Origin: Phoronis australis
Taxonomy: Eukaryota > Animalia > Phoronida
Direction: 5' to 3'
Assembly: GCA_002633005.1 (NCBI GenBank)
Contig: NMRA01000757.1
Span: forward strand, 112,849-165,659
Length of the DNA: 52,811 nt
Position 1 is the stretch's first letter. Each line of letters begins with the position of its first letter. Of this stretch, positions 27,219-37,345 are shown piece by piece. The notes below the pieces were generated by a model. That model had not been told where the DNA came from and ran no database searches. It saw only the letters and a list, made by a program, of their open reading frames with translations. The position numbers and the translations under genes were made by a program.

Positions 27219-27442
27219 CAGAAGAACGCAGATCATTGTATTTATTTATACCTATCAAGACCATTCAACTGTCCCTTGTTATCCATAAACACAATTAATA
27301 CTTCTTGCCCAATAATCGATACTAATAGATACCAAGAAATAATCAGCAGCTATCTTCTTCAGTGTTTGGCATGTGCTCGGAGCGTGTTTTTTTGAATGCA
27401 TTGTGTGATGAATTGCGTACATGTGTTAGGTACGAGTCTTCT

Positions 27443-27972
27443 GCCAACAGTATTCAGTGTAGTGGGTGTAAGTATTTCCAACAGCATTTAGTAAACTGAG
27501 TACTCGTATTACCAGCAATATTCAGTCTATTGGGTACTTGTATTACACACAGTATTCAATGTACTGGGTACTTGTATTACACACAGTATTCAGTGTAGTG
27601 AGTACTTGTATTACCGACGCTATTCAGTGTACTGGATACTCGTATTACACACAATATTCAGTCTACTGAGTACTTGTATTACAAACAGTATTCAGTCTAC
27701 TGGGTACTTGTATTACACAGAGTATTCAATGTACTGAGTACTTGTATTATCGTCATTATTCAGTGTATTTGAGTACTTGTATTACAAACAATATTCAGTG
27801 CACTGAGAACTTGTACTACCAATAGTCTTCAGTGTTTTGAATGGTTGTATTACCAACAGTATTCAGTGTACTGAGTACTTGTATTACCAACAGTATTCAG
27901 TGTACTGAGTACTTGTATTAGCAACAGTATTCAGTGTACTGAGTACTTGTATTACCAACAGCATTTAGTGTT
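27443..27972. repeat. 34-35-bp minisatellite, about 15 copies (ACCAACAGTATTCAGTGTACTGAGTACTTGTATT)
   Basis: Period 34 (27852 and 27886). Ends about 500 bp upstream of the ABHD15-like exon. Confidence 0.95.
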
Positions 27973-28472
27973 TACCTGTAGTATCGATGCTGTCACAGTT
28001 TCCAGTTCAGTTAGACTAGCTGTTGCAAAATCAATGTTGATGAAAATGGATACAGCTGGATTGAATGCGCTTGAAATATTTGGCCTAAATATCAATTTCA
28101 AAAAATTTTCATCCTAACACCAAACATGTCTGTCGCCACCTAATGTGTTTCGCTACACAAAATGGCGCGATTTCATTAAGCTCCAGGAAGCAGATCCAGT
28201 CTTTCTTTTCTCATTTTGGGAACGTTCGGAAATGAAGAAGTCGCACAACTTCCTTCTTAATTATGAGAGGACATTTTAAGAGCTTATCGTATTACTGTTA
28301 GTTATTAGCCGTTCTTGAAGTTGATCGATAACTTAATGTCATCAAAAGGATTGAGAAAAAATACGTCTGCAATGGAAAATGTGCCTTTTTCAATAGCTGT
28401 GCTAACTCTATTTTTGTTTCCACGGAAATTCTTGTAATGAAATAATATTGGTCATACTTCATTTTCAGGGAA

Positions 28473-29648
28473 ATGTCATTACTGTGGATCTTCGCAAGCC
28501 TGCTCTTTCAACTCCCTCTACCGGTGCTTGCTTTGCTGATCATTGTGCTGTCGTTGACAGCTTGGAGTTTGTACGGCGCAGAGAAACACTCCGCGGTACC
28601 AGTGCTTCATTTTAAAAAATCAGCGCTTACAGATTATTTGTTGTCAAAATGCTCAGTGTTATCAGAACCATTCCAGCCAAATGTGTTGTTGACAAACTCA
28701 CACCTGCAAACCATTGTATCACGGATTCTTCCAGGACCTGAGATGAGTTATGAGCGAGAGTTCTACCAATTGAAGGACAAGGGCATCGTAGCCTTGGACT
28801 GGGGAGATCAATCGTCTAGGCTTACCAAATTTACGAAAAAGTCTCCTATTGTAATTATCATTCCTGGATTTATGGGAACTGTTGACAGCCACCACACTAT
28901 AGGCGTTAATGCTGTCAAAAAAGGTTTCCGTTGTGTCGTTTTCAACCGTAGGGGGTGCGGCGGTTGTCCCTTGACCACACCCAAGTTACAGACATTTGGA
29001 GATCCTTCTGACCTTCGACAGGTGGTTAAATACATTCGCGGTAAATATCCACACGCGCCATTGTTATCTGTGGCCTATAGTACAGGTGCGGGCCTGTTGT
29101 TATCTTACCTCGGAGAATACGGCTCATCCAGTTATCTCACCGCCGGTGCGTGCGTTTCCCCGGGATACGACTACCAGTCTCTATATACTAACAATAATAC
29201 ACCGGCGTCGCCGTATTCATGGGTTATCCTCACAAGCTTAAAATATCTCATTTCGCAACATGCCGTCGCCTTATCTAAGACCATGGACGTGGATAAAGTA
29301 CTTAAATGTCATAATCTAGGAGACTTCGAGGAAACGTGTTTCTCCAAAATGTACGGTTACGATACCATAGAACAGTACTGGGACAGAAACAATCCCATGC
29401 GTGACGTGGACGAAATATCAATTCCAGTTTTGGCTATAAACAGTAAAGACGACCCCGTGTGCCCAGCCGACAGCATACCTGTTGACTTGTTTAAAGTGTA
29501 TCCAAATTTCATGTTAGCGCTAACGGAAAACGGCGGGCACGATGGATTTTTGTCTGGCATTCGGTGCTCGAGATGGGCCGATAAAATGTGTTTGGATTAT
29601 CTCCAAACTGTTACAGATTTCATAACGGCTAATGAAAAGACAACGTAA
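28473..29648 (+). CDS. ABHD15: ABHD15-like alpha/beta-hydrolase (ABHD1/2/3/15, YheT-like family), 391 aa, single coding exon
   Basis: N-terminal hydrophobic anchor, HLQT, DKGIVALDW, VFNRRGCGG, LQTFGDPSDL, LLLSYLGEYGSSSY (recalled as characteristic of ABHD15), SKDDPVC and GGHDGF. The splice acceptor TTCATTTTCAG ends at 28468, 4 nt before the ATG, implying an upstream 5'UTR exon. Confidence 0.88.
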   Translation: MSLLWIFASLLFQLPLPVLALLIIVLSLTAWSLYGAEKHSAVPVLHFKKSALTDYLLSKCSVLSEPFQPNVLLTNSHLQTIVSRILPGPEMSYEREFYQLKDKGIVALDWGDQSSRLTKFTKKSPIVIIIPGFMGTVDSHHTIGVNAVKKGFRCVVFNRRGCGGCPLTTPKLQTFGDPSDLRQVVKYIRGKYPHAPLLSVAYSTGAGLLLSYLGEYGSSSYLTAGACVSPGYDYQSLYTNNNTPASPYSWVILTSLKYLISQHAVALSKTMDVDKVLKCHNLGDFEETCFSKMYGYDTIEQYWDRNNPMRDVDEISIPVLAINSKDDPVCPADSIPVDLFKVYPNFMLALTENGGHDGFLSGIRCSRWADKMCLDYLQTVTDFITANEKTT

Positions 29649-30562
29649 TACATGTATTGGCTAAATAGTCAACTTCTTTCTGAGCGTCACCCTCAGTTCA
29701 TGGGTGTGATTTATTTCACGAAATATCTTTTAACAATTATAAATTCAATTTGGTATCGAACTTGTAATTTTGTGCTTCAATTCATGTAAAAGCCAATAGA
29801 GCAATTGTTACGGAAGCGATGTGTACAGTACACTTATTCAGAATTCAAATGCCGTCCGATAGTAGTCAGACTAGACGTCTCATCTGATGTCTAAAAGTAA
29901 AACTCTTACTTGATCATCATGAGTTCTGTTGAGACGTCTGATCTGTCTCCTTATCATCCAACCCCAAATCAGACGGCAAATTAGCCTTTCTTATCGACGT
30001 GTGTTCACTGTTTAAGCTCTGCCCGCCCATGATTGGCCAGAATAGTAACATTTTACACTGTTTTAAGTGGTAAAACATGTTAATTACTTCTGAGACTGCC
30101 TTTGTTTAAGCGTCTAGTCTGGATCAGGCGTCTGATTTGCATTTTATAAAAATTTCACACCTGGGCGCTGTGTTTATAGGCGGCGTTCACATGCCTTCCT
30201 ACCAAATAGCAGATCGGACATCTATCCGCCGTCTGTACAATATCATATGCGATCTCAGACATCTAATTTGCATTCTTATCATACGCCCCCAAATCAGGCG
30301 GCAGATCTGCCTTTTTCGTGAGAGTGGATTCCAATTGACAGTTTTTGTGACGAGCGAAAACCCGGCGATGCGTGGGCATCCCAGAGCATAGATTTGTAGA
30401 ATTTGAGTCATTCAATTCAAAATCTATGAAGGACCACGAAAGCGATCCTCTGCTTATTGAGCTGGCAGTTGGTATTGAATAGGTGCTACAACTGCACGCG
30501 ATTACTAGTATGACAAGCCGAACTTTTGGCTGCATGAAAAGCTACTAAAGTGACTCCTACAT

Positions 30563-30742
30563 GTATCATGAAACTGACACTTAAGACATGAACAAAGTAC
30601 AGTCTCTGAGAATATGCTCATAACTAAACTTCTAGTTACTAAGATAATTTTTATAAATTATTTTTGGACTGTGATGCGCTAGTAACCATTTGGCTGAACT
30701 CTTTTCAGCAATTGCCAAGTGGAAGCGTAACACCAAATTTCT
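30563..30742. mobile_element. Inverted partial copy of the 26927-27218 repeat
   Basis: The reverse complement shares GAAATTT.GT..TAC, CAATTG.TGAAAA, AGCCAA, GCATCACAGTC, TATTCTCAGAGAC and GTCTTAAGT..GTTTCATGA. Confidence 0.6.
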
Positions 30743-32405
30743 AAACACGCCCGTGATCGTAAATCTACGTCTACTGGCGATGCTGCAATGCAGCTATCCC
30801 ACAATATGACGTCTCCTGTTATCCCTGAAAAGATCAATCGCATAACATGTGCTTAGATTCAGTACGCCCTATGGTGATCTCACGTAATTGACCAGAATAT
30901 TTACATTTTTCACATTGATGTTATGCTAATTAATCTTAAGACGGCTTATAGAATGCCTTTGTGAACATTCGTTTTAAGCGGATGGCCTGCCTGTGATCAG
31001 AAGTACTGTCTGCCTTTCCATGAAGATTATCTCATCTGAAAATGGTTTAAGTTGAAACAGTAGACCTGCTGGAGACCCGTGAAATAGTGTTGCTCTTACG
31101 GAAGTATACGAGGGATATACCATATTCTGTTAAGGCAAACGTTGCACATGTCATTTCAAGATAAAAAGAGTAATTATACCGTCTCACCGTCGCTGAAATT
31201 GTACAACACATTTCATGAGTGAAAAGCTTTAAATCGAGATTGCGAACGCATTTGGAAGCCCAAAAACACACGTCTTCAAACTCAGATGAAACAAGTTTGG
31301 AACGAGTTTAAAACACGTCGCCTTCAGCGCCGCGTACTGAGAAAAGGAGTAATTTCGTAGAATCAAATCTCAAAGTGTATTTTTCGAAGCAAATTAAATG
31401 ACGAAATGCTCCCCGCGTTCGCAAGAAATTGTGTCTCAGACTTCAGTGGGAGTATCCCCCGCAAAGAAGGACGTGGCCTCTCTAACCCTAAAATAGCGAT
31501 TGTGGTTGCGTGTGACAGATAAGTAGTCTGGTATCCAAGACAATGACTATTTTAACCTGAGAATGCCAGGTGTTTAAATATTTGATGGCTTAGAAGTAGC
31601 TTTCTCAGAAGTGGTGGAAGATATAATGAGCCTTGTTATTTGTCACGTGGCCTACCTACTTTAGGAACAGCAAAATTTCACGGCTCGTTTAACCGCACAA
31701 TATGTAAAATTAACCGTATATACCTTTCCAAAATATTGCTACGGTGATTTCGGGAGCCATGTGAAAATAGGAGCTGCTCATCTTGTTGAGTTACGTCAGT
31801 GAAGATTCTAACTTTGAAGTTGAGAGACCCTCGCGATTTCCTCACTGACAATAACGACATTGCCCTCGCGTGTCCGGTGACTCAGTCGAACTCGTGCGAC
31901 TGCGCGACGATCTGGGATATGAGTGGATTTCAGTAACGAGTGCAGATTTGTTTTTGTTTTTCTTTTGCGTTTGTCAGGTGTAATTCAAGTTCTGAAATAC
32001 GGCTAGTTAAGATTTAGTTCCACGATTGGCGTACGGCCGGTACAGGCAGCTCTACAGAAGGTTTTTAATATGTTCTACATTTCAAAATCTTTGCCTACTG
32101 AAGATGAACGAAAGGGTTAAGTTACGGAACAATTAACTTCCTCAAAAGGGTGGCGTTTCGGGAACAAAATTTTATAAAGAGTTACTTTTTCCTCGAAGCT
32201 CCGTTATGATAAATCCCTGTTTTCGAGCCCACTCGGCCGACCCCTAATTTTCCAGCTGAACCCGCCGTCAAAACTTTTAGTGTATCCCCCCGGCATTATA
32301 TTATTTAAACCTTCAGAATCCGTAATCGAAAGTGATTTTTAGTCTTTAATAAAAGGAGATGTCTGAGCCAATGAACAGAAGTGTCAAAAGCAACCAGCTT
32401 TGAGA

Positions 32406-32603
32406 CAACTGGTTAACCTGTTCCCAAATTAAACCGCTTCATATCAACTGGTTAACCTGTTCCCAAATTAAACCGCTTCATATCAACTGGTTAACCTGTT
32501 CCCAAATTAAACCGCTTCATATCAACTGGTTAACCTGTTCCCAAATTAAACCGCTTCATATCAACTGGTTAACCTGTTCCCAAATTAAACCGCTACATAT
32601 CAA
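32406..32603. repeat. 39-bp minisatellite, 5 near-identical copies (CAACTGGTTAACCTGTTCCCAAATTAAACCGCTTCATAT)
   Basis: Period 39. Confidence 0.97.
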
Positions 32604-33799
32604 TCGCAGTTGATCTTTTCAATGGTACAGATCAACTTCTACCAAGACGAGGAAAGTTGGGTGATCCCGAATAAGACATCATTGGGACAATGCTCAATAG
32701 AGATTCCAACATGAGGCTATAAATTCAGAAAAATCGAGACAATTGTAACATGTTCATTTGTTATATAATTTATGCGAAGCTGTCTGATTCTCATTACCGC
32801 ATCAACTGAGCCCAAGGGCAGCATAAGAACCTGTGTCACAGTTGCATGAATGACGATGCATAATTCATGGCATACAACTAAAGTACCCTCTTGTTAACGA
32901 TCAATTGGCTGCACAGACTTGACACTCGTGGGGTTAAAGCGCACAATAAGACTATACAGAGATACAGTAATGAGAAATATGCACTTGACCGAGTCTTGCT
33001 GCTTTAATTAATTTAAAACCCTTTTGATTCTTGGATCATTAAGATTGAGTAGTCCATGCATATGATATGACCTCTGAGATATGATGCCCGAATGCACATC
33101 GCCGGATTCACTTATGACACTGAGCTAGAGTACACAGTTTGGGAAAAATAATCACGAAAAACGCACAGTACGCGCTGAAAACATTGCTGTCTCAAAACTG
33201 ACATTTTGCGCAGAGTTGGTTAATTCGGCTGTAATTTTAACTACTCATCCCCGTCTGTGAACTGAAAGCTATTGTCTCGATCTTTTTGCAGCTCAAACGA
33301 CCTTTCTTTTTGTGGGTCCGTCAGTCCGTTGCTGTGTACTTGTGTCCTTTCTTTCCACACCCACTACAAAAATGTTGAACTTGACTGATTTTAATCTTAA
33401 AAGACATATCTCTCTTGCAATCCTAGCAACTGGTTTTACCAACGATGAAAAAACTGAGAGCACAAGTGTGTAAAAATTTAAGGTGCAACAGCCCGCGCAT
33501 TTTGTAAAAAATAGCTTTTGATTCATGCCACTTACGGTTACGATACTGGTCTTGTTCCCCATTCAGGTCACACATGATTTCTGTGCTTGAGAAGAACTGG
33601 TCGGTCATTACAGTGCCACGCCCACCAAGTTGCACGTCATGGCAGATTACACTCAATTGTCAAGGCATGGCCGACAGGGGAAATCTAGTTTATTTTTCTA
33701 ACCAACGCGATCACGTTGCTTCAAAAGAATAAATACGCTTGTGAAGATTGATGACGTTTTTAACACCAGAGTAAGGTTTACAACAACTTTAAAGAGAGC

Positions 33800-34760
33800 T
33801 TATTTTGGAGGGTTGGCCATTCTGCCGTTATTTTGGAGGTGTTGTGTATTGGTAATGCTACTTGTGGTTTTCCTTAGAATAGGTCACGTGGTATTTATGC
33901 CCACAAGCCACGTGCTCATCCCCTTCTTGTATTAGTTCTCCAAGCGAATAGACGTATTATATTTTACTCTCATCTGTGTTGTTTCACTGGTTCTACGAAC
34001 ACAACATTTTGGCGACGAGGATAAAAATGGAAGATCTTGCGATTAAACCATTTATTCTTCATCCCACGGAGTCGGCTGGTTCCCGTTGGGAATTGTGGAT
34101 TAAGCGACTTGACAATTATTTGGTGGCAAAGAACATTACTCAGGATCCGCGCAAGAAAGCCACGCTTCTGCACTATGCGGGGGAGGAAGTCTTTGTCATA
34201 AATGATTCTCTTCCTACGGAAGAAAATGAGACATACGATCAATTGAAAAAGAAACTTTCAGACCATTTTTCGCCGAAGCGGAATACAGAATATGAAGTTT
34301 ACCAATTCCGACAAGCCACCCAGACCACGTCTGAGACTTTAGATATGTTTTGCGCTCGGTTACGGACGCTTGCGAAACATTGCGATTTCGCCGACGTTGA
34401 TCGGGAGATCAAATCACAGATTATTCAAAAGACTACGATGGAGAAAGTGCGCCATAAAGGACTCACGGAACCTACGATTAGCGTTGCGGTTTTATTAACT
34501 TATGGACGCACGCAAGACGCGGCAAACCAACAAGGGTTGGCGATGGCCCCACAAATTGTAAGTACTGTTACTACGAACCAAGTGCGTGGTAAACAGCCAG
34601 TTCCTCACAAACAGCCGTACCGGCACAATCACAAACGTGGGAACCGTGGAAAACCACAAGTAGCATTACCAATACACAACAGGAGGGTTGGCCATTCTGC
34701 CGTTATTTTGGAGGGTTGGCCATTCTGCCGTTATTTTGGAGGGTTGGCCATTGTGCCGTT
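33800..34760. repeat. 28-bp tandem repeat (GGAGGGTTGGCCATTCTGCCGTTATTTT) split by the Gypsy-derived insertion
   Basis: One unit at 33806-33834 and about three units at 34682-34760. Confidence 0.9.
33840..34681 (+). mobile_element. Gypsy (Mag-like)-derived element: LTR + PBS + gag, closed by an inverted LTR end, 5-bp TSD
   Basis: LTR 33840-34006 (TGTTGTGT...ACACAACA). PBS TGGCGACGAGG at 34010-34020. Gag ATG at 34027. 34648-34681 is the exact reverse complement of 33840-33873. GGAGG lies on both sides. Confidence 0.88.
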
Positions 34761-34803
34761 AGTTTATAACTTTTTGACTCTCATACTACTTGCCACGACT
34801 TAG
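34027..34803 (+). CDS. Retrotransposon Gag (capsid) protein lacking the CCHC nucleocapsid, with a C-terminus read through into flanking repeat
   Basis: RWELWIKRLDNYL...KKATLLHYAGEE...YDQLKKKLSDHFSP...YQFRQATQ...ETLDMFCARLRTLAKHCDF...EIKSQII is typical of Mag-clade Gypsy gag. No stops or frameshifts. Confidence 0.8.
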   Translation: MEDLAIKPFILHPTESAGSRWELWIKRLDNYLVAKNITQDPRKKATLLHYAGEEVFVINDSLPTEENETYDQLKKKLSDHFSPKRNTEYEVYQFRQATQTTSETLDMFCARLRTLAKHCDFADVDREIKSQIIQKTTMEKVRHKGLTEPTISVAVLLTYGRTQDAANQQGLAMAPQIVSTVTTNQVRGKQPVPHKQPYRHNHKRGNRGKPQVALPIHNRRVGHSAVILEGWPFCRYFGGLAIVPLVYNFLTLILLATT

Positions 34804-35059
34804 TGTTCAAGATGGAGCTCAATTCTATCTTGGCCTTGGAATGGCTTGAGACACCAGCAAAACGACTTTAGCGGGTTTAATTAGGCCTATAACTTGCGTC
34901 GTTTGGCGTACATGGACCTCCGGGGGATATAAACCGGCATTGGAATAGTCGACCCAGCCGACGTACCTGTCATTGCAAGCGACAGGCTGTTTGATGTCAT
35001 TTGCGGCACATCAGACGTGCGCAGGCCACATGGTTGGCCCACTGCACCAAATACCTGAG

Positions 35060-35290
35060 CTAAATTATTGAGAACCAGTTATCGTTCAACAGGTACTTCG
35101 TGAAAGATTTCAGCTCTGGGCCTGTATCTTTAAAGAAAATGGACAGCCAGGCGTTTTCATTGTCTCCATGCACTACTATGTTGTAGGCACCATCTACGTA
35201 CTTGCTCCGTAGCTTATAAAAGGCTGGACAAGACTCTACCACATATTTACGTGTATCAGCATTCTCTCACAACACACTGGGCTACCTATA
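35060..35290 (-). mobile_element. Possible LINE ORF2 C-terminal remnant
   Basis: Minus-strand PVCC...H... followed by VESCPAFYKLRSKY, resembling the terminal CCHC/CP..LR motif. Confidence 0.3.
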
Positions 35291-36117
35291 AGCCCCATGA
35301 TGTTCCCGCCGTCTGTCGGTGATTGTCGGTAGTGGGCCTTGACAGATGTTGCGCTCGCGAAGCTCGTAATGCGATCACATCGTGAATGCAGCTACAGCTA
35401 ACCCCAGGTTCCGGTGTCACCTGGAACGCCAAGATTTAGCTGAAAAAGGTAACTCCCGTACCGGATACTGTATGTTTTTAGGGCTACAAACATGATTTCG
35501 GAATTATCTACAACCTGTTTGATGAGAAAACAGAAACTTAGCGCCTGTGACAGTAATACAAACAATGAGAACATTTCGCTCTTTTCTTGTAAACATCAAG
35601 GTCAAATGTCTTCACCATGTTCTAAGCCGCTCTTATGGCAGGTGGGAGTATTAGTTGGTTCATAAATTACTAAAAAATCTTCATCAGTCCTAACGCAGTT
35701 TTTTATTGATAGACAATTGCAGTAGAAATTCTAGATCATGACAAACCGCAAGTTTCGGTGGGCGAGACTTCACGTTCGTAGTCGGAATACGCTGTCATTA
35801 ACTCAGATGGAGCGGAAAATAAAAATTTCCAAGTGAATCAAGACTTAGTTTGTTTTAATTTTTTGATGGGCTGGTCTACTCAAATCAGTGATAAAAGCGT
35901 GCTCAGCTTATTGCCTGAGATCCGTTAGATTGCACCACGTCATTTTGCCTACTACAGGTGTTAGTACCAGGTGAATTCCAAGAACTGCGTGCATCACGAG
36001 AATCTATTACCGGAGGTATTGGATTGTGTATGCCTATCTGTCAATGAAAGTTTCATTTTGTGAATGGCGCGTGTGTGTGGTATATCCGGCGTTGAGTAGG
36101 CTATTCATGTAGGTTTC

Positions 36118-36560
36118 TAGACAGTGTCACCGTCTGTCAACAAGCAGTAGAGACCGTAGCCACCTCATAGGCCTTTCATACGCCGGAAACTTTTCGGCGA
36201 ATTACTGCCAAGCGCTGATTAAACCATCAAAGTCACGTTACTACCTTTTGCGTTGTATCTCTAGACGCGAGCAGCGTAAAAATGACCAGTTGCCGATTTG
36301 GGCAACTGAACAAGGGAATGCTCGAAAAAAGTTTGATCGATGGGAGTATTAATTAATTTGTTCGAGTTGGAATGAGTTAAAGACACCAAAGTCCTCCTAA
36401 GGTGTCCCTCTATGCGGCGCAAAATGTAAGCTACTTATAAGAACGTGATTTTCATGTTTTAATCAGTGTGAGGCATAATTCGCCGAAAAGCTTCCGGCGT
36501 ATGGAGGGCCTATGGGACCATTACCGTCTGTACTGCTGGTTGAGACGGTGGCACTGTCTA
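36118..36560. mobile_element. Foldback MITE, TAGACAGTG family, copy 2 (best preserved)
   Basis: TIRs TAGACAGTGTCACCGTCT / AGACGGTGGCACTGTCTA extend inwards (CATACGCCGGAAACTTTTCGGCGAATTA / TAATTCGCCGAAAAGCTTCCGGCGTATG). Perfect 9-bp TSD GTAGGTTTC (36109-36117, 36561-36569). Confidence 0.88.
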
Positions 36561-36699
36561 GTAGGTTTCACATGGAATAATTGGCCGATATCATACAAAG
36601 TTTTGTGCAAAACACTCATAGTGCCTCTGTTGGAATTTCTATAGATATTCTATCGATTATCCATGGTGTTTTTTGGATTTCTTGTGCTCTGTGGACTCG

Positions 36700-37172
36700 A
36701 AACAACAACACTATCACCACGTACAAACTTCATAGTTTCAATTGAAAATATCTAGCTCCTAAGTTATGGAACTCTCTAGACGATGATATTAAAAATTTAG
36801 ATAGCTTATCATCCTTCAAGAATCATATCAGAAAACTAAAACCGGACACCCTGATGTAAATATATTAATTGTTCTTTAGTTAGTCTTGGTAAACTTCATG
36901 TAAATATCCCTGCTGTCATCACCTTCACTTACATAGTTACCACTCACAATGTATAACATTACTTTGTAAATATCAATAGCATTATGTAGTCATTGTAATT
37001 ACGGTAAATATTTGAATGCAACGCTTGCTTCGCATCGTCAAGCCATGGGCTAATGGTAACTGTTCTGTTGCTTTGAGTATGAATAATTATGTATGTATGT
37101 ATGTATGTATGTATGTATGTATGTATGTATGTATGTATGTATGTATGTATGTATATATGTATGTATGTATGT
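36700..37172 (+). mobile_element. 3' end of an L2/CR1-type LINE with (GTAT)n tail
   Basis: 36746-36859 translates KYLAPKLWNSLDDDIKNLDSLSSFKNHIRKLKPDTLM*, a typical ORF2 C-terminus. It is followed by a 3'UTR and (TATG)n. Confidence 0.7.
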
Positions 37173-37296
37173 GCGTACATGTGTACCCACGGCACGTATG
37201 TACGTACCTTCGTCTGCATTTCGTATGCCGTATTTATGTATGTATGTGTGTGTGTGTGTGTGTGAGTGTACACGCATGTATGTATGATATATATAT

Positions 37297-37344
<48 letters not shown>

Positions 37345-37345
37345 A
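37088..37345. repeat. Compound microsatellite (TATG)n-(TG)n-(TA)n-(GATA)n
   Basis: Directly visible. Confidence 0.97.

Noticed and set aside
32631-32714. Possible terminal exon INFYQDEESWVIPNKTSLGQCSIEIPT*
   Set aside because: Weak acceptor and no linked upstream exons or homology recognised.
33976-34026. TTG-initiated N-terminal extension of the gag ORF in the ORF track
   Set aside because: It lies within the LTR/PBS. The plausible start is the ATG at 34027.
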